DNA of 64,000 nt from Candidatus Omnitrophota bacterium (GTDB lineage Bacteria; Omnitrophota; Gorgyraeia; 2-01-FULL-45-10): NCBI GenBank assembly GCA_028715345.1, contig JAQUSB010000008.1, positions 437-64,436 on the forward strand, read 5' to 3'. The translations under genes and the position numbers were made by a program. Below the pieces are notes generated by a model. That model did no database searches and was not told the origin of the DNA. It was given only the letters and a program-made list of their open reading frames with translations. This document shows positions 18,319-27,143 of this stretch, in pieces (the first letter of the stretch is position 1; every line of letters begins with the position of its first letter).

Positions 18319-18888
18319 ATGCGGATAGGGATATTGGGCGGGACATTCAACCCGATACATATAGGGCACCTGATACTGGCGGAAGAGGCGCTGTCGAAGC
18401 TCAGGCTGGATAAAGTCGTATTCGTTCCCACATATATACCTCCTCATAAGCATATCGAGGGCGGAGTTAAGCCGAAGGACAGGCTGAAGATGGCGGAACT
18501 TGCCGTCGCCGATAACGATTCGTTCGAAGTATCCACGTTCGAGCTCGATTCGAAGAAGAAATCGTATTCGGTCGATACGTTAAAGTCTTTCCGCGACAAT
18601 TACGGCCAGGACGTGCAGCTCTTTTTCATTACGGGCTCCGACCTGCTGAAGGACCTCTTTTCGTGGAAAAACGTGAACGAAATATTCAAGATGTCCAAAT
18701 TCATTGTGGCGAACAGGCCCGGATACCCGGTCAAGGATGTCCCCAAAGAGGTAGAAACGGTCGTCATCACTCCTATCGAAGTCTCTTCGGAAGACATAAG
18801 GAAGCGCCTTAAAGAAGGCCGCTCCATCAGGTACCTGGTCCCGGAGAAGGTGAGGAGCTACATAAACAAGCGCAGCCTTTATAAATGA
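18319..18888 (+). CDS. nadD: Nicotinate-nucleotide adenylyltransferase
   Basis: GGTFNPIHIGHL (HxGH) motif, 189 aa. Confidence 0.85.
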   Translation: MRIGILGGTFNPIHIGHLILAEEALSKLRLDKVVFVPTYIPPHKHIEGGVKPKDRLKMAELAVADNDSFEVSTFELDSKKKSYSVDTLKSFRDNYGQDVQLFFITGSDLLKDLFSWKNVNEIFKMSKFIVANRPGYPVKDVPKEVETVVITPIEVSSEDIRKRLKEGRSIRYLVPEKVRSYINKRSLYK

Positions 18889-18896
18889 GCTTGCCC

Positions 18897-18925
18897 TTGA
18901 CCTGAGGGCGAATATAGTGTATAAT
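18897..18925 (+). promoter_or_regulatory. Sigma70-like promoter (TTGACC-17-TATAAT) for the small zinc-ribbon gene
   Basis: ttgacc at 18897-18902, 17-nt spacer, tataat at 18920-18925, then strong RBS gaaggaggtg and ATG at 18953. Confidence 0.55.
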
Positions 18926-18952
18926 TTTACCAATTTGAAGGAGGTGATATCG

Positions 18953-19096
18953 ATGGCAGAAATAGGATATTGCGTAAAGTGTAAAGCTAAGAAAGAGATG
19001 AAGGATACACAAAAGGTAACTATGAAGAATAAGCGCCAGGCAATGAAAGGCAAATGCACTTGTTGCGGCACTGGTATGTATAAAATAATGAAATAA
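18953..19096 (+). CDS. Small zinc-ribbon protein (47 aa; CxxC...CxCC), DUF5679-like
   Basis: MAEIGYCVKCKAKKEMKDTQKVTMKNKRQAMKGKCTCCGTGMYKIMK. Not in the supplied ORF track because it is under 60 aa. Consensus promoter and strong SD directly upstream. Confidence 0.45.
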   Translation: MAEIGYCVKCKAKKEMKDTQKVTMKNKRQAMKGKCTCCGTGMYKIMK

Positions 19097-19125
19097 ATCA
19101 GGGGAAAGTTATAAAAGCCAAGAAT

Positions 19126-19521
19126 TTGGCGCTGGCTATAGCCGGCGCTGCATCAGATAAAAAGGCGCTCGACATAATAATCGTTAAAATGAAGAAGATG
19201 TCGAGCGTCTGTGACTATTTTGTTATAGCTAGCGGTACCTCTACTACCCACGTCAGGGCTTTATCCGATAATATAATAAAACAGTTAAAGGAAAGAGGCC
19301 AGCCGCTCTGGCATAGCGAAGGGGAGCGGGAAGCCTCGTGGATATTATTGGACTTCGGCGATGTCGTGTGCCATCTCTTCCTCGAGGATACAAGGGAATT
19401 CTACAACCTCGAAGACCTGTGGAAAAAAGCGCCTCAGGAACGGTTTAAGGAGCCTAAGCCTAAAACTAAACCGAAAAAGAAAAAACGCATCATACGTAAA
19501 AAGAAGACCAAAAAAAGATAA
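19126..19521 (+). CDS. rsfS: Ribosomal silencing factor RsfS (Iojap family) with Lys-rich C-terminal tail
   Basis: ALDIIIVKMKKMSSVCDYFVIASGTSTTHVRAL matches the RsfS core; TTG start. Confidence 0.8.
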   Translation: MALAIAGAASDKKALDIIIVKMKKMSSVCDYFVIASGTSTTHVRALSDNIIKQLKERGQPLWHSEGEREASWILLDFGDVVCHLFLEDTREFYNLEDLWKKAPQERFKEPKPKTKPKKKKRIIRKKKTKKR

Positions 19522-19522
19522 A

Positions 19523-21208
19523 ATGCAATATGGCGGAATCGAAAAAAACCTCGCTTCGATCATCGAGCAGTCTGTAAATAAAGTATTTACGGGCCGCGGC
19601 CTCCAACCTGACATATTCAGCGAACTCAAATCGGAATTAGAGATCCCAAAAGAAAAAAGCCACGGCGATCTTTCTACCAACATCGCGATGCGCGCCGCGC
19701 GTTTTGCCAAAACATCTCCTTCGGAGCTTGCCGGCCGGATAAAGGCCGCGCTCGAAGAAGCCATTCCCTTATCGGGCCTTAAAGGCGCTGTCGATCGGAT
19801 AGAAGTGAAGAACCCGGGTTTTATCAATTTTTTCCTCAGTAAAAATTTCCTGTGCAAGACACTCCTCCAGATAAAACGGGAAAAGGCTAATTTCGGCCGC
19901 TCGAGCATCGGCGCCGGGATGAAGATCCAGGTGGAGTTCGTAAGCGCGAACCCCACAGGCCCCCTGACCATAGCGCACGGCCGGCAGGCAGTCATCGGCG
20001 ATTCCCTGGCCAATATATTGAAATTCTCCGGCTACAATGTCACCCGCGAATATTATTTGAATGACGAGGGCACCCAGATGAATATCCTGGGCAACTCGAT
20101 AAGGGTGCGTTACCAGCATTTGTTCGGTTCCGAGGAGGCGTTCCCGGCCGACGGGTATAAGGGGTCGTATGTCGGCGATATTGCCAGGGCATTCAAGAAA
20201 AAATACGGCAAAAAATATGCCGCCGAAAAAGATATAAAGGTATTCAGGGAATTCGGGCTTCGCTGGATACTCGACGATATAAAGACGGACCTTAAAGATT
20301 TCGGCGTCAAATTCGACGTATGGTACAGCCAGAAAAAATTACGGAAATCCGGCAAGATCGAGAAGGCCATAGCCGTTTTAAAGGACAAAGGCTACATATA
20401 CGAGCATGAAAATGCCGTCTGGTTCAAATCCACCGAGTTCGGCGACGACAAGGACAGGGTCATAATAAAATCGGACGGCAGCCTGACCTACCTTGCGCCG
20501 GACATCGCCTACCATCTTGAAAAATACCGCAGGGGTTTTAAGAAAATAACCGATATATGGGGCCCGGACCATCACGGGTATATCCCGAGAATGAAAGCGG
20601 CCATAAAAGCCCTCGGCTTTCCCGACGATTCGCTCACCGTGCTCATAGTCCAGCTTGCCACTTTATACAAGGGCGGCCAGGTCGTCTCCATGTCGACAAG
20701 GGCGGGAGAATTCGTCACGCTTCGCGAGGTGATGGATGAAGTGGGCAAGGACGTTTCCAGGTTCGCTTTTCTGATGCGCCGGATATCGAGCCACCTCGAC
20801 TTCGACCTCGACCTCGTGAAGAAAGAGTCTTCGGAAAACCCCGTATACTATATACAGTACGCCCACGCGCGGATATGGTCGATACTCGATTACAGCAGGC
20901 GCGCCCACATCGTTACGGCCAAGTTCGATTCCAAGCTCCTTAAAGAGGCCGAAGAGCTCGAGCTATTGCGGATATTGAGGCAATTTTCCCTGATAGTATC
21001 CTTAAGCGCCAAGGCCCAGGAGCCGTACGTGATATTGCAGTACCTTCAGGATCTCGCGGCATTATTCCATTCCTTCTATAATAAGCACAGGGTAGTCAGC
21101 GACGACGTAAGCCTGACCAAGTCGAGGCTCGTCCTGGTCGATTGCGTCAGGATAGTCCTGGCGAACGGTTTGCGTTTATTAGGAGTCTCTCTTCCAAAGA
21201 AGATGTAG
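19523..21208 (+). CDS. argS: Arginine--tRNA ligase
   Basis: First plausible start is the ATG at 19523 (MQYGGIEKNL) just after the rsfS stop; the longer ORF beginning at 19361 overlaps rsfS. Class I motifs ANPTGPLTIAHGR and MSTR. Confidence 0.9.
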   Translation: MQYGGIEKNLASIIEQSVNKVFTGRGLQPDIFSELKSELEIPKEKSHGDLSTNIAMRAARFAKTSPSELAGRIKAALEEAIPLSGLKGAVDRIEVKNPGFINFFLSKNFLCKTLLQIKREKANFGRSSIGAGMKIQVEFVSANPTGPLTIAHGRQAVIGDSLANILKFSGYNVTREYYLNDEGTQMNILGNSIRVRYQHLFGSEEAFPADGYKGSYVGDIARAFKKKYGKKYAAEKDIKVFREFGLRWILDDIKTDLKDFGVKFDVWYSQKKLRKSGKIEKAIAVLKDKGYIYEHENAVWFKSTEFGDDKDRVIIKSDGSLTYLAPDIAYHLEKYRRGFKKITDIWGPDHHGYIPRMKAAIKALGFPDDSLTVLIVQLATLYKGGQVVSMSTRAGEFVTLREVMDEVGKDVSRFAFLMRRISSHLDFDLDLVKKESSENPVYYIQYAHARIWSILDYSRRAHIVTAKFDSKLLKEAEELELLRILRQFSLIVSLSAKAQEPYVILQYLQDLAALFHSFYNKHRVVSDDVSLTKSRLVLVDCVRIVLANGLRLLGVSLPKKM

Positions 21209-21211
21209 GGT

Positions 21212-23107
21212 ATGTTCGAATCGATAAAGATCTATCCAAACGAAGATCTCGACATCGAAAAACTCTCAGCGGACCTTGTCGGTTACGGTTACCGCGCGTG
21301 TAAACGTGTGTCCGAAGAAGGAGACTTTGCCCGGCTGGGCGACACGATCACGATATACCCGGTCACTTTCGAATATCCCCTAAGGATAGAGCTCCTTCAC
21401 GATAAGGTCGAGAGGATAAGATCCGTCGACCCCATTACATACGAGCCCGTCCAGGAGCACTCCAGCGCCATCATCCTGCCCATAACGGGCCTTGTCAAAA
21501 AGAAGATCCGCCGCAAAGAGCTCGGGCTCGTCGAAGAATCCCCGATAGATAATTTCGTGGATATAGAGGCCGGCGACTACGTTGTGCATGTCGACCACGG
21601 CATCGGTAAGTATTTAGGGACCGAGAAAGTAAAGGTCGACAAGAAATATACCGACCATCTCGTGGTGGAATATGCGCTCGGCAATAAATTATACGTGCCT
21701 TTCGCCGAGATCGATAAGCTTCATAAATACCTCGGGTTCGAGAAGAGGCTGCCTAAACTCAATAAGCTAGGCTCAAAGCTATGGAAGAGCGCAAAAGAGC
21801 GCGCCAAGAAGGGCGTCTATAAAGTCGCCGTTGATCTCCTGGAGCTCCAGGCCAAGAGGACGGCCGCAAGCGGCTATAAATTTTCTCCCGATACGGAATG
21901 GCAGGCCGAGATGGAGAAGGAATTCCCTTATAAAGAAACTCCCGACCAGGTAAAGTCGACGGCCGACGTGAAACGCGACATGGAAAGCCCCACGCCGATG
22001 GATAGGCTCATCTGCGGCGATGTCGGTTACGGCAAGACGGAGGTAGCCATAAGGGCTGCGTTCAAGGCTGTGATGAACGGCAAGCAGGTCGCCATCCTTG
22101 TACCGACGACGATCCTGGCGGAACAGCATTTCAATACATTTACCGCGCGGATGAAACGCTTTCCGGTGAAAATAGAGATGCTGTCGCGTTTCCGCACGGC
22201 CAAAGAGCAGGACGGGATCGTAAAAGGCGTGGCCGCCGGCGCGGTCGATATCATAATAGGGACGCACAGGCTCATATCGGGAGACATAAAATTCAAAGAC
22301 CTCGGGCTCGTGATAATAGACGAGGAGCAGCGTTTCGGCGTCCGCCACAAAGAGCATTTAAAAAGGATCCGTTTCTCGGTCGATGTGCTGACGCTTACCG
22401 CTACGCCGATCCCGCGCACGCTGTACCTGGCTTTAATGGGCGGCAGAGACATATCCGTCATCAATACGCCGCCTTCCGAAAGGCTTCCCGTCCAGACAAA
22501 GGTCGTCCATTATGACGATGCGCTCATAAAAGACGCGATAATGAAAGAGAAGAGGCGCGGCGGGCAGGTCTTCATAGTCCACAACAGGATAAGAGGGATA
22601 AATAAGATCGCCCAGGCGGTCAGGGAACTGGTGCCCGGCGTTTCGATAGCGATAGGGCACGGCAGGATGCAGGAGAAAGAGCTGGAAGAGACGATGATCC
22701 GGTTCATAGAAGGCAAGATCGACTGCCTCGTCTCGACCACGATAATAGAATCGGGTATAGACATACCGAACGCCAACACTATCATCATAAACAGGGCCGA
22801 TATGTTCGGGTTGTCTGAACTGTACCAACTTCGCGGCAGGGTGGGCCGTTTTACGCGGGAGGCGTACGCTTACCTTTTGATCCCGAAAAATTTTGTGCTG
22901 AGCTCCGAATCGCAGAAACGTCTGACCGCGATAAAGAAATTCCAGGAGCTGGGCAGCGGGTTTAAATTGGCCATGGAAGACCTGCAGATAAGAGGCGCGG
23001 GAAATCTGCTGGGCGTCGAACAGCACGGCTTCATAAACGCGGTGGGTTTCGACATGTACTGCCGCCTGCTTAAAGCGGCTATCGACGGCATGAAAAGGGC
23101 GGCATAA
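21212..23107 (+). CDS. mfd: Transcription-repair coupling factor-like protein (Mfd lacking the UvrB-homology and D7 modules)
   Basis: TRCF/CarD-like RNAP-interacting domain (DYVVHVDHGIGKYLG), SF2 translocase motifs (GDVGYGKTEVA, DEEQRFG, QLRGRVGR). The ORF is bounded tightly by argS upstream and ends right after the translocase module (...AIDGMKRAA). Confidence 0.8.
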   Translation: MFESIKIYPNEDLDIEKLSADLVGYGYRACKRVSEEGDFARLGDTITIYPVTFEYPLRIELLHDKVERIRSVDPITYEPVQEHSSAIILPITGLVKKKIRRKELGLVEESPIDNFVDIEAGDYVVHVDHGIGKYLGTEKVKVDKKYTDHLVVEYALGNKLYVPFAEIDKLHKYLGFEKRLPKLNKLGSKLWKSAKERAKKGVYKVAVDLLELQAKRTAASGYKFSPDTEWQAEMEKEFPYKETPDQVKSTADVKRDMESPTPMDRLICGDVGYGKTEVAIRAAFKAVMNGKQVAILVPTTILAEQHFNTFTARMKRFPVKIEMLSRFRTAKEQDGIVKGVAAGAVDIIIGTHRLISGDIKFKDLGLVIIDEEQRFGVRHKEHLKRIRFSVDVLTLTATPIPRTLYLALMGGRDISVINTPPSERLPVQTKVVHYDDALIKDAIMKEKRRGGQVFIVHNRIRGINKIAQAVRELVPGVSIAIGHGRMQEKELEETMIRFIEGKIDCLVSTTIIESGIDIPNANTIIINRADMFGLSELYQLRGRVGRFTREAYAYLLIPKNFVLSSESQKRLTAIKKFQELGSGFKLAMEDLQIRGAGNLLGVEQHGFINAVGFDMYCRLLKAAIDGMKRAA

Positions 23108-23157
23108 AATTTGTGCCTCCCGGAGAAATTCCCTTCCGGGATTGTGCCTCGCGGGCC

Positions 23158-23185
23158 GCTAAATTTTGACCATGCAAAATTTAGC
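23158..23185. repeat. 10-bp perfect inverted repeat gctaaatttt-gaccatgc-aaaatttagc
   Basis: Seen directly. Same arm-ACCATG-arm architecture as the palindrome at 26956-26985. Confidence 0.6.
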
Positions 23186-23283
23186 TGCGGGAAAATTTCT
23201 CGCCCCTGCTCGAAATTTTACGCCCCGCTCGGCACGAATCCCTGCGGGAATTTCTAGCGATTACGGACAAAAATTTTAAGCAA

Positions 23284-23312
23284 TTGAACGCTGGGAAGAG
23301 TTATGGTATAAT
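23284..23312 (+). promoter_or_regulatory. Sigma70-like promoter with extended -10 (TTGAAC-17-TGgTATAAT); predicted leaderless transcript
   Basis: ttgaac at 23284-23289; tggtataat at 23304-23312; ATG at 23321 only 8 nt downstream and no SD sequence. Confidence 0.5.
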
Positions 23313-23320
23313 CGAAGCCA

Positions 23321-24175
23321 ATGAGAAAAGAAATAATCATAATAACCGCAGGCGTTATCCTGACCGTCGCTGTTTTTGGCTGTGCCAAGAAGCAGGACGG
23401 CAATAGTAAAATTCTCGCCAGGGTCGGGAACAAAGTAATTACCGAAAAAGATCTCCGGGCAAAGATATCGAAGATGCCCCTTTACTACCAGAATATCGTA
23501 TCCAAAAATCCTAAACGCTATATGGAAGACATAATAGTAGAGATGCTTTGTTACGAAGAGGGCATCAGGAAAGGCATAGACAGGGATAAAGAAGTAAAAG
23601 AGGTAGTCAGCGAGGCTAAAAAGAAGATAGTGATGGCCAAGCTCATAAAGAACGAGGTAGAGGACAAGATCGTCGTCACCGAGGACGAGATGAGGAAATT
23701 TTACGATGAGCATAAAGATGAGCTGAAGACGCCGCGGATGTGGCGCGCTTCCCATATACTTGTGGCCGACGAGAAAGAGGCAAAGGCGCTTCTGGACGAC
23801 CTGGCCCGCGGCGCGAAATTCGCGGATCTGGCAAAGGCGCGTTCTATAGACGCGACGGCAAGCCGCGGGGGAGACGTCGGATTTTTCAGGGAAGGGCAGC
23901 TCGTGCCGGACTTCGAGAAAACCTGTCTTAGCCTGGAAGCAGGCCAGACGAGCGGTATAGTCCGGACGCAATTCGGTTATCATATAATAAAATTGACGGA
24001 TAAGAAAGAGCCCGGCATAAAAAGTTACGAAGAAGCCAAAAGCGCTATAGAAGCCGAGCTTAAGAAAAAGAAAAGGAGCGAGCTTTTCAACGCGCTCGTA
24101 GTGAACCTGAAAAATAAGTACGGTGTCGAGGTGAATGAAGCCGCATTTCCGGAAAAGGCGGACGCGAAAAAATGA
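23321..24175 (+). CDS. Parvulin-type peptidyl-prolyl cis-trans isomerase lipoprotein (PrsA/SurA-like)
   Basis: Lipobox AVFGC in the signal peptide; PpiC/parvulin domain (SHILVADEKEA...GYHIIKL). Confidence 0.75.
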   Translation: MRKEIIIITAGVILTVAVFGCAKKQDGNSKILARVGNKVITEKDLRAKISKMPLYYQNIVSKNPKRYMEDIIVEMLCYEEGIRKGIDRDKEVKEVVSEAKKKIVMAKLIKNEVEDKIVVTEDEMRKFYDEHKDELKTPRMWRASHILVADEKEAKALLDDLARGAKFADLAKARSIDATASRGGDVGFFREGQLVPDFEKTCLSLEAGQTSGIVRTQFGYHIIKLTDKKEPGIKSYEEAKSAIEAELKKKKRSELFNALVVNLKNKYGVEVNEAAFPEKADAKK

Positions 24176-25128
24176 AGAAGAGAATAGCCGCTGTTTTAAT
24201 GGTGATGGTCCTTCCGGCGATGGCCGCGCCTGCCGCTTATTGCGAGCTTATCGATAAGGTGGCGATAATCGTTAACGATGAGATAATAACGGATCGCGAG
24301 ATAGAGCGCCAGCTCGCGCCCATTTACGAAAAATACAAGATGATGTACAACGGCCCCAAGCTTGTCGAAAAGCTGGAGGAGGCCAGGCAGAGGCTCGCCC
24401 AGCAGATGATAGAGGACAGGCTCCTGTATAGCGAGGCAAAAAAACAAAATATACAAGTGGACGAAAAAGAGGTGGACGCGAAAGTCCAGGACGTTGTAAA
24501 GAATATGGGATCCAGGGCTATGTTCGACAGGGCGCTTCTTGAGCAGCAGATCACCGTAAAAGACCTGAAGGAAAAATATCGTCAGCAATTAATGGCCAGG
24601 AAGGCCGTGGATAAAAAAGTGGCCGGTACGGTGATGGTGACGCCCGTGGAAGTAGAGGCTTATTACAAGAAAAATTTTGACCAGTTCCAGCAGCCCGAAC
24701 GGGTGAAATTGAAAAATATTCTCATAAGTATAAGAAAATACCCGGATCCGGCGAAGGCCCTGAACCTGGCTAAAGACATATCCAAAAGATTAAAAGAAGG
24801 CTGTGATTTCGACGGCCTGGCTAAATTATATTCGGACGGACCCGGCGCCGAGAACGGCGGTATGATGGGATATGTAAAACGCGGCGATCTTCTGCCGGAA
24901 ATAGAGAAAGCGGTATTTGTCCTGAAGCCGGGCGAGACCACGGGCATCGTCCAATCAAGTCTTGGCTACCATATATTTAAAGTCGAAGAAAAAGAAGCCC
25001 CTAAGACCCTGGCGCTCTCCGAAGTCAGGCGCGAAGTGGAGATGGCGGTTTATAAAGAGAAGGTGGACGCCAAGATAAGAGGATGGCTTGAAAGTCTTAA
25101 GAAGAGTGCGTATATCGCGTTCAAATAA
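24172..25128 (+). CDS. SurA-like periplasmic chaperone / peptidyl-prolyl isomerase
   Basis: Signal peptide, SurA N-terminal domain, parvulin domain (GYHIFKVEE); position upstream of pdxA-rsmA as in the surA-pdxA-ksgA arrangement. Confidence 0.75.
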   Translation: MKKRIAAVLMVMVLPAMAAPAAYCELIDKVAIIVNDEIITDREIERQLAPIYEKYKMMYNGPKLVEKLEEARQRLAQQMIEDRLLYSEAKKQNIQVDEKEVDAKVQDVVKNMGSRAMFDRALLEQQITVKDLKEKYRQQLMARKAVDKKVAGTVMVTPVEVEAYYKKNFDQFQQPERVKLKNILISIRKYPDPAKALNLAKDISKRLKEGCDFDGLAKLYSDGPGAENGGMMGYVKRGDLLPEIEKAVFVLKPGETTGIVQSSLGYHIFKVEEKEAPKTLALSEVRREVEMAVYKEKVDAKIRGWLESLKKSAYIAFK

Positions 25129-26083
25129 ACCGCTCGTCGTCATAACGATGGGCGATCCTTCCGGCGTCGGGCCGGAAGTCACGTTAAAAGCATTGGCAAG
25201 TCCGGAAGTGAAGGGGCTTGCCAATTTTTTAGTAATAGGAGATGCCGGTGTCCTCGCCGGGACTGCCCGCGATACCGGCTGCCGGATGTACCCGCATATA
25301 CTGGACATGGGAAATGTGCCTGCGAAGAGTTTCGGGTACGGCGAAGATCGCGCGCCCTACGGCAGGGCTTCAATGCAGTATATAGACATGGCTCTTGAAC
25401 TTGCGGCCTCCGGCGAAACGGACGCCATAGTTACGGCGCCTGTGAATAAAGCCGCCATAAAAAGATCCGGCATCGAAGATTTCCGGGGGCATACTGAATA
25501 TATCGCCGGTAAATTCAAGGTAAAGAAATTCGCCATGATGTTCGCCGGTCCGGGCCTCAAAGTCGCTCTTGTCACGCGCCATGTCGCGCTTAAAAAGGTT
25601 GCGGCGTCCTTAAGCGCGAAAAATATCTTCGACACTATAAAATTGACCCACGATTGCCTTAAAAATTCCTTCGGGATAAAATCTCCGGCAATAGCCGTGT
25701 GCGGACTCAATCCTCATGCCGGAGAAGGCGGGGCATTCGGAGATGAGGAGGCTAAGATAATAGCGCCCGCCGTTAAACGCGCCTCCGCTTTTGCGAAAAA
25801 TGTACGCGGGCCGCTGCCTGCGGACGCAGTCTTTTACGACGCTATAAACGAGCGCTACGACGCAGTGGTGGCGATGTATCACGACCAGGGCCTTGCGCCG
25901 TTCAAGATGTTGTATTTCGACAGGGGCGTCAATCTGACCGTCGGGCTTCCGTTCGTCAGGACGTCGCCCGACCACGGCACGGCTTTCGCCATCGCCGGAA
26001 AAGGAAAGGCGGATCCCCGCTCGATGATCGAAGCCATAAAACTTGCCTGCCGGATGCAAAGATGCTCACCAAAAACAAATTAA
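25106..26083 (+). CDS. pdxA: 4-hydroxythreonine-4-phosphate dehydrogenase
   Basis: VVITMGDPSGVGPEV N-terminal signature. Start uncertain: GTG 25106, TTG 25088 or ATG 25148 are all in frame. Confidence 0.85.
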   Translation: MRISRSNKPLVVITMGDPSGVGPEVTLKALASPEVKGLANFLVIGDAGVLAGTARDTGCRMYPHILDMGNVPAKSFGYGEDRAPYGRASMQYIDMALELAASGETDAIVTAPVNKAAIKRSGIEDFRGHTEYIAGKFKVKKFAMMFAGPGLKVALVTRHVALKKVAASLSAKNIFDTIKLTHDCLKNSFGIKSPAIAVCGLNPHAGEGGAFGDEEAKIIAPAVKRASAFAKNVRGPLPADAVFYDAINERYDAVVAMYHDQGLAPFKMLYFDRGVNLTVGLPFVRTSPDHGTAFAIAGKGKADPRSMIEAIKLACRMQRCSPKTN

Positions 26084-26904
26084 GGGAGATCTTCGACCAA
26101 TACGGCTTTGCGCCTTTGAAAAAGCTGGGCGCCAATTATCTTGTCGACGGAAATATAAGGGATAAGATAATAGCGGCGGCCGATATATCCAAAGACGACA
26201 TTGTCCTTGAGATAGGCCCGGGGCTCGGCGCCGTCACGATCGATCTGGCGGGGACAGGCGCCGAAGTTATCGCGGTCGAGAAAGATAAAAAAGCGTGCGT
26301 TATTTTGGGCGATCTCGCCGGGGGGGATCTGCCGAACCTTAAGATAATCCATAAAGATATCCTCGAATTCGATCTGGCGGCGCTCGCCGGGGCGAAAAAG
26401 ATAAAAGTGATCGGCAACCTGCCATATTATATTACGACCCCGGTCATCGAATATATCCTGCGCAACAGATCGCGTATATCTACCGCGGTGATAATGATGC
26501 AGAAGGAGGTCGCTTCCCGCATTTTGGCAAAGTCCGGCACCGATGACTATGGATCTTTAAGCTGTTTTGTGCAATATTACGCGAAGCCTGAGTACATTTA
26601 TACGGTAAAAAGGACATGCTTTTATCCGGCGCCTGAAGTGGATTCAGGCATAGTCAGGCTCGATATCACGGACAAGCCTTCGGTCGATGCCGGTGACGAG
26701 GAATTATTCTTTAAGATAGTGCGCGGAGCATTCAACCAGCGCAGGAAGTCGATAATCAACTCTCTGTCGCGCAAAGAAGTGCTTGATATGCCGAAAGATA
26801 AGCTCGTTTCTATCCTGGAGCGCGCCAAAATTGACCCTGCCGCCCGCCCTGAAACCCTATCGCTCGCCGACTTCGCAAAAATTTCCCATCAGTTATCTCG
26901 ATAA
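26062..26904 (+). CDS. rsmA: 16S rRNA (adenine1518/1519-N6)-dimethyltransferase
   Basis: SAM-binding LEIGPGLGAVT motif, 280 aa, conserved position after pdxA. Confidence 0.85.
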   Translation: MLTKNKLREIFDQYGFAPLKKLGANYLVDGNIRDKIIAAADISKDDIVLEIGPGLGAVTIDLAGTGAEVIAVEKDKKACVILGDLAGGDLPNLKIIHKDILEFDLAALAGAKKIKVIGNLPYYITTPVIEYILRNRSRISTAVIMMQKEVASRILAKSGTDDYGSLSCFVQYYAKPEYIYTVKRTCFYPAPEVDSGIVRLDITDKPSVDAGDEELFFKIVRGAFNQRRKSIINSLSRKEVLDMPKDKLVSILERAKIDPAARPETLSLADFAKISHQLSR

Positions 26905-26955
26905 ATTTTTCGATTCCTTAATGTAATGCGCTGTGTCAAAGTGGTTCGCAAGGAC

Positions 26956-26985
26956 GTGCGATTTTTAACCATGTAAAAATCGCAC
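26956..26985. repeat. 11-bp inverted repeat gtgcgattttt-aaccatgt-aaaaatcgcac
   Basis: Seen directly, in the rsmA-gatC intergenic region. Confidence 0.6.
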
Positions 26986-26990
26986 TCCGT

Positions 26991-27020
26991 AAATTTGCCC
27001 GGACCCTGCCGGGCAAATTT
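26991..27020. repeat. 12-bp inverted repeat aaatttgcccgg-accctg-ccgggcaaattt
   Basis: Seen directly, immediately after the previous palindrome. Confidence 0.6.
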
Positions 27021-27092
27021 AAGGCCTTGCTCACCACTTCGCCACATCGCACTCCTTAATGATCGAAAAATTTCTGTTCAACGCCGGGAAAT

Positions 27093-27121
27093 TGACAAAA
27101 GCTCCGGCGTGTGGTAACTTA
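27093..27121 (+). promoter_or_regulatory. Sigma70-like promoter for gatCAB (TTGACA-17-TAACTT)
   Basis: ttgaca at 27093-27098, 17-nt spacer, taactt at 27116-27121, then RBS gaggct and ATG at 27144. Confidence 0.5.
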
Positions 27122-27143
27122 TATTGAAATGAGGCTACGGTAA

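Noticed and set aside
19361-19522. 5' extension of the argS ORF overlapping rsfS (track start 19361)
   Set aside because: The extension overlaps the rsfS coding region in another frame. An ATG at 19523 directly follows the rsfS stop and yields a canonical ArgS N-terminus.
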